A DNA stretch of 64,000 nucleotides from the human T2T-CHM13v2.0 reference genome, Homo sapiens. The stretch's first letter is position 1. The number at the start of each line of letters is the position of its first letter. This document shows, in pieces, positions 1 through 12,773 of the stretch. The notes under the pieces were generated by a model. It worked only from the letters and a program-made list of their open reading frames with translations, did not search any database and was not told the DNA's origin. The translations under genes were made by a program, and so were the position numbers. The stretch lies in NCBI RefSeq assembly GCF_009914755.1, contig NC_060933.1. One strand, given 5' to 3'.

Positions 1-3000
1 CCACAGGGGACTAAACATTAACCCTGGGGGAGCCCAGCACAGCACCCAGGTCCTGGCTGAGCACCATCAGTGCCTGCTGGACAGAGGTGTCCCCAGGCAG
101 GCCAATCCCCAGGAGGGGCTGAAGCCAGGTGGCCTCGGCTGTCCCTGAGCAGGTCTAGAGAGCGGCTCCTCCGTGAGCTGGCAGGCCAGCAGCTGGCCCA
201 GCCCTGCTTGGTGTCATGTGATCCCTGCACCCTTCCCCCACCCCCGGGGGGCCCTCTTCTGCCAGCCGGGTGGTGGGGAAGGATGCAGGCCCAACACTGA
301 GAGCCATGCATGCTTGGGGTAAGGGAGTTGCCACCCTGTCACACAGTCGGGGAGACGCTCTAGCCCGCGTGGAGCTGGCCTGTCTTCTCTGGTCGCTTCC
401 CGTCACAGCAGCAGCAGGCATGGAACCAGACCATAGAGCTACGTGGAGTACAGGGGCTGTTTAAACCATCTGCTCAGATGGTGGAGGTGCAGGCTCCAGA
501 GAGAGCTGCCCTGGGGTCTGGGAACAAAGTGGCAGAGTAAGGCCTCTATCCCTTGCCCCCTCACAGGACAGAGAAAGAAAGCAGCCAACAGCCCTGGCAG
601 CTGCCCCAGAACCCTCTGCAGCAAGAAAGGCAGGGTTCCAGCACCCACAGGCCACCCTAGGTCACTCTGTTAGCAGACAGCCCATCTGGGCAGCGCCTGG
701 GCCCCAGGGCACTCTGGCCGGGCTGGGAGCTCAGAGCGGGAGGAGCAGGAACGGCCTAGTGAACAGCTGATGCAGAGAAAACGCTTTCCCCTGAGGGCAG
801 GTGCCCAGGCAGCCGCTATGAGCTGACTGCTAGGAGGAGAAAAGAACACCACGTGCTTGGCTGTGTCCTCAAGGGACACTCCTGTCCCACCCCTAGCAGG
901 CATGCTGATGTCCCTGGGCTCTGGGACCCAGTCGGCAGCTGTGCCTGTAAACACACTGTCTGGCCTTCTAACATTTGGGTCAGTGCAGTGAGGGTGGCAT
1001 GGGGTCCCCGGTGAGCAGGGGCCCCCACACCCCAATGTCTCCAGGGACACAGCCCAGAGCCCTGAAGATGAGGATGGGAAACAGGGCCTGGTGGTGTCTG
1101 GTGAGTGTGTCACCTGATCAGCCTTCTCAGAGTGACAGGCCAGCAGGATGCCGTGTCCCTGGCTGACAGAAGGAGGAAGCCACAGGCCAAACCCAGACTC
1201 CCTCTGGGTAGAATAGTGAGGGTCTTGAGGAACCCTACGGGGCCTGCCCCAGCCCTGCCATCTCCCCGCTCAGGCCAACGGCACCTCCTCCCAGCATCAG
1301 CCTTCTGGTGCAGCTCCGGACTCAGACGCCTTTCCTTGGAAACCGTAGCTAGTGGCCCCCTGCCCCATGGATGGCTCCAGGAACTCACCGGCCCCTCCCA
1401 AGGAGACCTGGCTGAGGGCTGAAGCGGAGTGAGGAGAGGGCTCTAGCCTGCACCTCGGCCTGCTCCGCCCCTGGTCCTCCCCGGGCCTGTGTGTGGAAAG
1501 GCTCACGGCAGAGCCTCCGTGTGCGTGAGATTGTCCTGGGGGACCTCCCAAGCCCCTCTGAGCTGCTGCTCAGGTCCCAGTCACCAGAGGTCACCCCGGG
1601 GTGCTTGCCACCCCCCTGCCAGCACCTCACAGTTCTGGCCCACCAGACAGCAGCTCCCTGTCTCTCGCTGGCTCTGCCCAGCCCCTGGCCCTCGGCCTTG
1701 GTGTGTCATCTGGGGAGGGCAGCACTACCTGTCACAGGCAACAGTGGGGGTCAAGAGAGAATGCACACAGCTCGGTGACCGGCACTGGGACCTGATGGCG
1801 TGGTACCGGACAACACCTGACATCATATCCCCCTGGGGCCGGCGACGGATGCTGGGCTGTAAAAACCTGAGGGAAACTTGTCTGAGGCCTGCCTAAGGCT
1901 CAGGGACCTAGCCGAGGGACACTGTAAAGAGAGGCTGAGTCACCCTGAAACCCAGTGGGTGGGAGCAGCTTTCTGACTTCAGCTTTCCGCTCCAATACAG
2001 AAGCCAAACGTAAAACGCATCACAGAAGGCTGCTCGCTCTCTACAGAGCCCAGGCTCCTGCGACAGTGCGGGGCCCACGCTGCTGTGCCCTTCTCCGTCC
2101 TACAGAGGTGGGGACCCATGCCCGAGGACAGGAGCCGGTGGGGCGTGTGCTGGCTGAGCCAGAGGTGAGAGCCCAGGACTTCTCAAGTCATGAGCTCGGA
2201 CCATGAGCCCCATCAAGGGAGGTGGAACGCAAGGGCCTCGTGTCCGTGACCCTCCTGCCCTCGGGCCTGCCCTCCAGCTCCAGGTGGGTGGACCCAACCC
2301 TGATCCCCAGCGCACAGACAAAGCATCAAGATGACAGGAGGCCAGCCCGGGGTGTGGGTGGGCCACACTCCTGATCCTGGGCATGGCAGCCCACAGAGGC
2401 GGCCTCAGACCGGGACGACACGCGGTGCCTGCCCACCAGGATGCTCCCTGGCCTCAGAAAGTGGAGGCTGGGAACCAACCAGTGCTGAGCCCCGCAAAGG
2501 CCGGCCCATCTCTCCAGAAACCCTCCCTGCCGGCCTGTGCCCTGCTACTCACTGATGGGAAAATCGTGCCTCAAGCAGGAGGAGGGAGAACCAGACCTCC
2601 AGGTCAGCCGCAAGCCTTGGGCATCCAGGGTCCCTGTCCACGCCCAGCCCCTGACAGTCAGGTGAACACAGGGCCAGGCCCGGGAGGGGCGTGGCTGGTG
2701 GCAGCTGAGGAGGAAGGTGGGCTGGTCCCAAGGGGGTGCAGGGCAGCCCCAACTTTAACCAGCTACAGTGCCCAGCACATGCGGGCACTTCCTGGGTGCA
2801 AGGCCCTTTGGACACCCATCACGTTTAATCCTCCTAACGCCCTGCCTGATGGACAAGGAAACAGCCTGAGAGGAACTCGCCCAGGTCAGGAGCCAGGACG
2901 TGGCAGCCAGAACAGGGATTTGAACCCTGGCCTGTTGGGACCCACCCAGGCCTGGCGCTGCCTCTGCCATGGTCTCAGGCTTGGAGCAGAGTCCAGCCCC

Positions 3001-6000
3001 TTGTGGCACAGATGTGGAGGAGGGGCCAGAGACAGGAAGGATTTCCTCAGGTCACACAGCAAATTCGCAGGGGAGGGTGGCAGGGCCAGCTTTCTAGCAC
3101 CTGCATCTCCGAGAGGTTTGTGGACGTGCCCTGGGCAAAAGGCCTACAAGACACCAGGCCAGGGAAGTGCCATGCTGAAGGTGCCAGGTGACGCACCCGA
3201 GGAGCCCAGGGCACTTGGAAGGGTCAGGCCGCTCCCCTGGCACCTAATCAGAAAACCTCATTGTGGCAGCTGCTACCTGTCCACTGTGCCAAGTGCTGTG
3301 CAGGCTGCTCCTCAGGTCTCTTGTCTAACTCGAGGGTCCTCACCAGAACCCTAACAGGAGAGCTGGCATCATGTCCATTTTACAGATGAGGAAACTGAGG
3401 CTCAGGAGCACGTCTACATCTGCTAGGGGGCTGAGCTGGCATCCCAGCATAGCTCTCTTCTCTCCAGAGCCCAGGCTCCCTGCCCCTCGGTTGAGATGGA
3501 CAAAAGTCTCCAGGAATGACTACAGGGGAGGCTGCCAAAGCATGCAAGCTTCCCCATGGAGGAAAACGCCAAAACCCTCCAACGCAGGTGTCCTGCCCCG
3601 CCCGCCAAGCCACTGTTGGGCTGCCATCCCACTGCCTCCCCCGCCCGTGGGCAGCCAAGGTGTGCGGAACTGGGAGAATTGGGTCTGCTCAAAGCTCAGC
3701 TTGTCCTGCATGAGGCTGCATGCATCAGTGTCTGCCCCTTAACAATCAAATGGGGAGCACTGCTCTGCTGTTGCTGTATATCTGGGAACACAGTGATTCT
3801 GGGCCTGCAAGGCTGGAAGTCCAACCCTGGGACTGGGTGGCCACAGCATGGTGGCACCACGCCATGGGAGCCATCTGGGCGGCCAACCAGCAGCTCTTGG
3901 GAACCAGTCCTTGACTGCCTGGGTGCAGCTTCCTGAAACCGCTCCACTGGCTCGTTCAGAGCCTGCCTGCAGAGGGCCAGTGATAAATCTCCCCACTCTT
4001 TTCTCATTGGCAACGCAGACAGGTCCTGGAAATGCCCAATTTCCAGGTTAAGAATCAGACCCCAGCTCTGGCAACGAGCAGCTTGATATCTCCCAGGGCC
4101 ATTCCTGAGCCTCCCGGGAAACAGGCCAGCATGCCTGAGCATCCCCCGCCTGGAGAAGGAACAAAGACCCAGGACCAGCCAGCCTGGTCCCCCTCTTCTG
4201 GGGGACCCTCCCGAGTAGAGCAAGAGGGGAACCTGAGGGTCCTGGGGGCTGCCCCTTCAGAGTCACCCAGGAAGCTCTCCTGGAAGACCACAGTCTGTAC
4301 ACATGCATGCAGGGACACACACCCACACAGGGACAGGCCCTTTGCCTTGGGGTCTTCAGTGTCAAAGTGCTCATGAGCCCTGGGGATTAAACCGAAGACC
4401 TGCACACAGTGTGATCAAGAGATCAAACAGTGGGAAGACGCGGGAGGCTGAAGGGAGATGCTCCCTGTGAATACAGAGAAGCCCTCTTCACTCCAGCCCA
4501 CCTGCAACTGCCCTCAGGCCTTGGGTCAGAATCCTGGCCCTGCCACTGACCAGCTTGGTCACTCTGTGCAATCTAATTCACCTCTGTTGCCTCAGTGACT
4601 TTATCTGTCAAGTGAGCTCTTAACAGTCTTGACCCCAAAAGGAGATGATGCAAATTACTTAGCCAAGGACCTCCCCAAAACCTGCTGGCTCTTATTAGCT
4701 GTTATCTTAAACCTGTGGGGTCCAGTTCTGGGCTTGCTTCCTCCAGGTAGCTCTCCCCAGCGTCCTGTGGCCCAAAGCACTTTTGCCTTCCTCTGAGCCA
4801 TAAGCTTCCCTACTGCTCACCTGACCTCAGGGCTTCTGGGCTGCCTGGGCTTCCTCTGACTCCTGGTGGCTCCTGCACACAGTAGGTGCCACAGAGAACA
4901 CAGCCCATGCTTAAATCCTGGCTGCGGCCCTTGCTGGCTGCACGGGTGTTTAGGTCAGAGACTTCCCTTCTCTGACCCCCTAGCTTCCTAGAAGGTGGTG
5001 TTGGCACCTACTCTGTAGGGTTGGTCTAAGGCAGATGAAGTGAGGGGGTGGCCCACAACCTGCACTTTTTGTCTGGCCAAAGCAACAGCCTGTCCAGAGA
5101 TGGGGGCACGGACCAGGTCACCTCCAGAAAGCAAGAACTGTGCAGGCCAAGCTGGGTCATTGGTGGCTTGGCTTAGAATCGGGAAGATAAGCGGAAGCCC
5201 AGATGTGAGGAGATCTGGCAGCCCAGAGGGAAGCACCGGGTGGAAGCTAGGTAGGGAAACAGGGATGCGGGGGAAGGCAGAAACTGTCTGGTGGTTTCCA
5301 GAGAGGACAGGGACCAAGTGCGCAGCGTCAGCTCTGGCAGGCCACATAGACACCAGGAAACCAGCCCCAGGACGGGGGGTGTTGGCAGGAGGGACAGGGA
5401 CTTCCCCGCCCCCTCCCTTGGGCCCTTGGTAAATGGTCATTGTGTTCAGTTTCCGGCAGTGGCCTCCTCTCCTGCCAGGATCCTGGTTTTCCTGACCCAG
5501 CCAGAAGCTTCCCCTTTGATTTCTAAATAGCAGTCGAGGTCTGGATCTCAGTGCTGAGGCTGGGCAAGGAGCGCCAGGGCCAGAGAGAGGGAAGACAAGA
5601 CCCCCAGGCAGGGGTGGGGCTCAGCTCTGCCTCTCCCTCAGTTCCTCAGGGACGGAGAGAGGGAACCTGCACGGCCACTGTGAGCGCTCCGCCGGACCCT
5701 CCCAGCACACAAAGCCCGAGCTGCTGCCAGAGGTAATGAAAGCCAGATGAGCGCTGGGCTGGTGTCAGCCTCCCACCCCCACCCTCCCAGGGGTCCCTCT
5801 CCAGCCGCCAATGAGGACCAGAGCCCTGGATAGATGAGGGTTGAGGGAACACGTCTGGTCCGGCCATCTGCCAAGCTCAGGAGGAAAGGGTCTCTCAGGC
5901 GTGTGGTGTTCCCCCACCAAGAGCTCTGCCCAACACTGGGCGGAGAAACAAGTCGCATCCAGGCCCTGTCTAGGTACCGGGACACCAAGAGGCACGAGAC

Positions 6001-6689
6001 TCAGGCTAACAATCGCCAGCAATCACAACGCGCCACAGTCTAAAGCCATGAAGCGACTGGAGACGCAGCAAGGCAACACGATGCCGCACGGGGACTCAGG
6101 AGGTTCACTGTGAAGGCTGCAGCCCAGCCAAAGCTCTGATGGGCCCTGAGCCCCCGATCCAGGAATGGCCTCTGTGCAGGCCCTGTGCCCAGGCAGAGCA
6201 GGGCGAGGGGGGCATCTCTGGATTCCACTCCCTCTGCTGTGTAGTCAGCAGCAGTCAGGTGGGAGGCAGATGGCACCACCCAGAGACCCAGGGCACACGA
6301 GAAACAAGCCCCCGCCCTCACCTAGTCACCCTCCCCTCCATCCATCACAGGTACACCACTCCCTTCTCTGAATCCTACCCAGTCCTTACCGATTCAGGGT
6401 GTTGGCACTCTTTCCAGTTAAGCAGAAACAAGTCTTGCCCGCCCTGGGCCTGGGCCACCCTCCTCCCCTCACCACCAGGACATCTGGTCCCACGTGTTGG
6501 AGGCCTGCTGCTCCACCCCATCCCCCGACCCCCCCCCCACCCCGCTCTGAGCAGCCCCGATGTCCCTGGTCACCAGATCCACATCTGCCCCAAGTAGGGT
6601 CTGTCTGGAAGGCCCCTATGGTCTCATCACCTCTGAGGATTCTAGGATTTGGCCTTCCCGACCACTTGTTCCACACCTGCATCGTAAAG

Positions 6690-7650
6690 GCTAACGACGC
6701 GCTGCGGGCCCTGGGTGGGAACTGAGTGAAATAAGGCACAGGCCACCGATGTAAACAGGGACAGTGCCGCAGAAAAAGGTCCACCTGGGCTGCAGCGGCC
6801 TTGGTGACAGCAGGCCCTGGAACGGTATTGAGGGGCGCAAAACCCCAGCCGTGGTCCCTACTGTTGGACGGGGCGCGGCGGCAGCCCCCACTGCCCACCC
6901 TGCTGGCTGATTTCTGCAGAAGGCCCCGACCCCCACCTATGGAGGAGAGAGGAGGGAGGCGGCCCGCTGGGATCGCCCGGCCCCGTCCGGGGCTCGCCCC
7001 GACCTGCCCAGCTCTGCCGCGGGTGGGGAGGCTCCGACGCACCCCCCGCCCGACCGCCCCAGCTCACCCACCTCCGGGCGCGGCAGGTCGGGGTCTAGCT
7101 GCGTGAAGCTGTGCAGCACCACCGGGCAGCTGTCGGGGACGCCCACCTCCAGGCGCACGGCGTCCCACACGCTGCGGCTCCGCCGGGAGCCCGGAAACAG
7201 CGGCTCGGCGCCGCCAGCAGGCCCGGCCGCCTCGGCCCACATGCGCTGCACCATGGAAGGCTCGCAGCGCGGGCGCGGGGCCGGCCCGGCGCGCGGCGGG
7301 GGCGGCGGCGCGGCCCGCGCGGCTGGGCTTTGCCACCGCTGTGAGCCCGCGGCCCGGCCCTGCTGATGTCAGGCTGGGGGGCGGGGCCGGAGGGGAAGAG
7401 GGTGGGGCCGGGGAGGGGCGGAACCGGAGAGTCCGAGGGACGCGTGCGTGCGCGCGCCCGCGGCCCCGCCCTCGCCGAGGTCAGACCCGGGGCGGGACCG
7501 GGAGCCTGGAGGGGCGGGGTCTGAACAAAGAGGGCGGGGCCGGGGAGGTCGAGGGGTGCGCGTTGGCTGGGTCTCCCGGAGGACCGGCTGTCACGTGTGT
7601 CGTGGGGCCTTGGGTACCCCGGTTAGGCACCGTTTGCGTGTCACGCTGCT
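6690..7650. promoter_or_regulatory. CpG island / proximal RALGDS promoter with GC boxes and an E-box (GTCACGTG ~7590)
   Basis: Very high CpG density and repeated GGGCGG motifs at 7378-7545 upstream of the minus-strand ATG. Confidence 0.85.
7072..7254 (-). CDS. RALGDS: RALGDS proximal alternative first coding exon (MVQRMWAEAAGPAGG...DPDLPRPE, 61 aa)
   Basis: Translation matches the recalled N-terminus of human RalGDS. ATG in ccATGg context, 183 nt, phase-0 donor GAG|GTGGGT at 7071, inside a CpG island. Confidence 0.95.
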
Positions 7651-8822
7651 GCAGTGCGTGTGTTGCGTAGGGCTGAAATGTGTACGTGCTGATCATGTGT
7701 GGGGAAGCCGCCCTGGAGTCAGCTACCCCGAATTCCAGCAAAGCCTCTCCCCAACTCTGTGGCCTTCCACAAGTTGCTTAACCCCTCTGAGCCTCACTGT
7801 TTCTTCATCTGGAAAATCTGGGTAGTGAAAATGACTTCCTCAAACAGTTGCGGGGAGGATGACATTACGTAATGGACATGAAGCACTCAGCACTGAGCAC
7901 CTGCACCTGACTACAGGCTCAGGCGGAGTTTGGAGAGGCTGACCATGTGTTCAGTGACCCTGTCAGTGCAATTGGAAATCCTGAGTGTGGGGCTGTGTGT
8001 GCAGTGGGGGAAAGGGTCAGAGAGTGGGGCCCTACCATTTTTGGGGCAAAGCCCCACACTATCCCCTTACAGACACCCTCAGAGGAGGGGAAGCCAGGGA
8101 GGTGGGGGAGAGCGGAAGGCACCAAGGTTGGGGCTGAGAGGCATCTGACAAGGAGGAAGGCATCAAGAGTGACAACGCTGGGCAGAGCACATGGCTGCGT
8201 GGCCTGTCAGCTGGGGCTGCTTGTGGCTTGGACATCCCTGGTCTCAGGGTGGAAGTGGGGCTGCTGGGGCTGAAGGGGAAGCAGGGACAGGGACATCCTC
8301 AACTACTCTTTCTGGAAGCCAGTGAGGAAGGAAGACAGCCTGGGGCTTAACAGCAGGGCCAGGAGAATGGATGAATGAATGGGACCCTTCCTCATGCCTC
8401 ACTCATCACTGGGCCTGCCCTGGCCTCAGCCTTCAGTCTTCATGGAGGCCAGCAATTGCTGCCAGCAGCCCTGGCCATGCCAACCTCCCCAGGTCTGGTC
8501 CGTACTATTGGGCCTCAGTTTCTCCATCTGTAAACTGAGAGGGCGGGACCAGACAGCACATTCCACGAGCACATCTTGCCCCCTTCCCAAGTGCCAATCC
8601 TCAGACACCCACGAAACACTTCCACTGTGACTGGAGTGAGGCGGCAGTTCATCCGTTCAGAACAAGACCCCCATGTGCACACGACTAGAAGGGCCTACTT
8701 CACAAAAATTATGGTGGTAAGTTGCAGCTGGGTGGAAGCTCTACTGGTTTTCATTTTACTTCTCTGAATTTCTAATTTCTAAAATCAGTATTTTAATAAT
8801 CAGCTCTATGTGATAAATGCTG

Positions 8823-9103
8823 TTTTTGAGACAGTCTCACTGTCACCCAGGCTGGAGTGCAGTGGTGTGATCTCGGCTCACTAAGGCCTCCGCCTCTTGG
8901 GGTCAAGTGATTTTCCTGCCTCAGCCTCTCGAGGAGCTGGGATTATAGGCACCTGCCACCATGCCCAGCTAGTTCTGTATTTTTCGTAGAGACAGGGTTT
9001 CACCATGTTGGCCAGGCTGATCTTGAACTCCTGACCTCAAGTGAACCGCTCGCCTCGGCCTCCCAAAGAGCTGGGATTACAGGCAGGAGCACTACGCCCA
9101 GCC
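8823..9103 (-). mobile_element. Alu SINE
   Basis: Antisense Alu consensus flanked by tgtttttg on both sides (probable TSD). Confidence 0.9.
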
Positions 9104-9774
9104 TGTTTTTGTTTTTTTTTTAAGAAGCAAGATGGGTAGATTTGATTTGGGATGGAGATCCCTAGAGGCTGTTTAGGAAGCCTCCAAGCCGTTTGGCCAG
9201 GGAGGGTAATGTGGGTGAGGCGTATTTCGAGGCAGGAGGTCCCCACAGGGCCACAAAGAGGTGACCGAGACACTGCCCTCGGCCCTAAGCTCCTCCTCCC
9301 ATCCCTTTCTTCTGGGGCCAAGCTCCCAATGCCTCCGGAAACTGAAAGTCCAGAAGCTGCCTGCCACTGACTTTATCTCCTCTGCTCTCTTTATCTCCTT
9401 CGCTGAGTGATGGGCCTGGGAACAAGCGCCCACCCGTTTTATAGCCCAGAAGGACAAGTGACTCATGAGGACATAGAGGAATCACCACTATTCTGGCCTT
9501 GAAGGTCCTGGGTGCTGGGGCGAGGGGTGGCCCCAAGGAGGCTGGAGTGGTGAAGAGTAAAGAATTCATCACACTAAACCCCCCAACGCGGCTGGCCTGG
9601 CTCCCTCCCATCTGACTATATCATCTACAGGAGCCAGGGCGGGGGAGGGCGTTACTTAGCCAGTCCCTCTGGCTGGTGTCTGTTTTTACAAAGTTCCTCT
9701 TCCTGCCTTGTTCCCCTACCTTTGGGACTCACCTCCCAACTTCTGGGAAGCCTGATCACTGCTCTGGCTGTACA

Positions 9775-10490
9775 TGAGACACACACACACAGACAGACAC
9801 AAAGATACACAGAGATGCACACACAGACACACACATAGAGACAGAGACACAGACACACACACACACAGAGACACAAAGATACACAGAGATGCACACACAG
9901 AGACACACACATAGAGAGAGAGACACAGACACACACACACACACAGACACACAAAGATACACAGAGATGCACACAGAGACACACACATAGAGACAGAGAC
10001 ACAGACACACACACACACAGAGACACAAAGATACACAGAGATGCACACACAGAGACACACACATAGAGACAGAGACACAGACACACACACACACACAGAG
10101 ACACAAAGATACACAGAGATGCACACACAGAGACACACAGAGAGACAGAGACACAGACACACACACACACAGACACAAAGATACACAGAGATGCACACAC
10201 AGACACACACATAGAGACAGAGACACAGACACACACACACAGAGACACATACATAGAGACAGAGACACAGACACACACACAGACCCACAGAGACACATAG
10301 AGACAGAGACACAGGCACACACACACACACATAGAGACAGACACAGAGACACAGACGCACAGAGACAGACACAGGCACACACATTTAGAGACGGAGACAC
10401 ACACACAGAGACATTGGAACAGAGACACACACGCAGAGATAGAGACACACAGACAGAGACATACCTACTCAGAGACATAGAGACAGACAC
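9775..10490. repeat. Complex CA/GA microsatellite with a ~72-78 bp higher-order unit; related tract at 10633-10710
   Basis: The motif aaagatacacagagatgcac recurs at 9801, 9875, 9953, 10027, 10105 and 10177. Confidence 0.95.
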
Positions 10491-10493
10491 AGA

Positions 10494-10626
10494 GGCTGGG
10501 TGTGGTGGCTCATGCCTGTAACCCAGAGCTTAGGGAGGCAGAGGCAGGATTTCTTGAGCCCAGAAATTGGAGACCAGCCTGGGCAACATAGCAAGACCCC
10601 ATTCTCCACAAAAAGGGAAAAAACAA
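10494..10626 (+). mobile_element. Alu monomer (FLAM-like) inside the microsatellite
   Basis: ggctgggtgtggtggctcatgcctgtaa...agaccagcctgggcaacatagcaagacccc followed by an A-rich tail. Confidence 0.85.
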
Positions 10627-11079
10627 GTTTGAGATAGACACAGACACACACACACAGATATAGAGACATAGACACAGATACACACACATAGAGACAGAAA
10701 CACAGATACACATGCCCCCCTAATGAAGGCACAGATAAAGTTCCCTGCACAGGATGTGTTGCCCAATGCCCTCAGATCGGGCGGGCCTGACTCTGCCTCA
10801 CACTGTTAGCAACTGGGGTTGGCATTCATGGGACGCCTCCTGCATGCAAGACCCTCTCCTGAGGCCTCCTGTAAGCTGTGGGGACACCCTAACCAAGGGC
10901 AAGGCCATCCTGGGACAGCGTGTGTCACCAGTGGAGGAACGCAGCACCACTCACAGTGTTCTCCTCAAAACCCAAACCTAAATCAAGGCAGGCCTCTGCA
11001 TATAACTGCCATTTGTGGGATTACAGGGGACAGAGAAACATGTTCAACACACCACAAGGGTGCAATCCACAAATCCAGG

Positions 11080-11530
11080 CTGTGGGAACCTCTATGGGAC
11101 AAACAACCCAGTTTCTTCAACAAATACATTTCAGAGGAAAAAGAAAGGGGGAACTAGACTAAAAGAAGGGTCAGAGACGTCTAACAAATGCAATGTGTGG
11201 ATTTTGGATCATGATGTCAGCAAGACAACTGTTTAAAAAAAACAACTATAAGACATGTGGATTGTCTGAACACTGCTACATATTGGATGACATTAGACAT
11301 CTTTTTAGGTGTGAGAATGGTGTTGCCGTCACTAGTAGAGTTACATCTTGGGCTATCTGTGGATGGCATCACATGCCTGGGATTCATGTAAACATCTCCA
11401 GGGGCGGGCAGGGAGTGGGGCAGTGAGAGGTGAACAAGAGTGGCCCTGCACCGATGGTCGTGAAAGCTGGGGGTCTTTATGCCATTTTCTCTATTTTTGT
11501 GTCTATTTGGAATTATCCATAATAAAAGTT
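11080..11530 (+). mobile_element. Old L1M(E/C)-like 3' end fragment
   Basis: Resembles ancient L1 3' UTR motifs (aaatgcaatgtgtggattttggatc; ending ...ccataataaaa). Family assigned by eye. Confidence 0.45.
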
Positions 11531-11544
11531 ATAAGAAGAAAAAT

Positions 11545-11860
<316 letters not shown>

Positions 11861-12434
11861 TCACCCTCTGATGCCTCTGAGGCTCCCAGCAGTCCTCCAG
11901 AGAGGGCTACAAACTTCTGACCCCGGGCAGTGACTCCTGCCAGGCTCACCGTTTCCTGTATTACTCTCTGTGGGCACAGGGGTCACTGATGGCATCTTCA
12001 CTACAAAAGGGGTTGGGGGCTCTGCTGTGGGGACTGAGGCCGTGGGCAGCTAGAACCCGAGTCCGGATGCCCACATGGGGCTATCAGAGATGGCTGGGGG
12101 CAGTCCAGGTGAACTTGGGTGGGTTTGACACTCAAGGCCAATGACAACCCTGTGCTTGGCGGTTGGAGCCTCTGCTGGGAGGAACTAAGGACTCTCGAGA
12201 TCACTAAGCACTGCCCGGAAGTGGGGGGTTCTTATGAATCGGCATTGATCCCTTCCTCCCTCCTGCCCCAGCTCACGCCCCCCCACACCCCCACCTAGCC
12301 TTCCCAGGTTCCCAGCCTCCCCCCGGGACGTGCACCTGCCTTTCCTTGGGGGCTACAACCACAAGCCCCTGGAGAGCACGGCTGCACAGACCTTTCGGAA
12401 GTCGGGACGCTGCTCGCAGAGGAACTTTAAAAGG

Positions 12435-12773
12435 CAGGCTGTGAACTGACAGCTGGCAGCCAGATCCCGCCCACACATGTGTTTTGTTTGGCTTGCGAAG
12501 TGTTTTTAAAATTTTAAGCCAACAGTAAAAGGTCAGGCGACTTCACATAAAAACCCACATTTCCCTCTTCTCCTGTAACTCTGGGTGACCTGACCACACC
12601 GGGTCTGTGTTCCCAAGTGCCGCCGGAAGCTGACTGCAGCTGCCCCCTGTAGCCAGGGCATGTGTGGGGACCGCTCTGACAACTGTCCCCCACTCCCGCC
12701 GTGCCCAGTGCCCGACACCCTGGGGAGTCACTGCCACCCCGGAGGGGCCACCAATTCAACATGTGACAACCCG
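12435..12773 (+). mobile_element. MER102-like hAT-Charlie DNA transposon remnant
   Basis: Recalled MER102 motifs: gtgttttgtttggc..ttttaaaatttt..ttcacataaaaacccacatttcc..ctgccccct. Confidence 0.55.

Noticed and set aside
2383-3354. 323-aa + strand ORF (likewise 18978-19928, 25051-25995, 32979-33863)
   Set aside because: No recognisable domain, GC-rich intronic DNA antisense to RALGDS, partly repeat-derived; expected by chance.
7063-7067. Second GTGAG donor 4 nt downstream of the proximal RALGDS exon donor
   Set aside because: Would frameshift and there is no evidence of use from sequence alone.
9652-10490. Cys/Val/Ser-rich ORFs of 222-258 aa in three frames
   Set aside because: Translation of the (TG/TC) microsatellite, which lacks stop codons by composition.
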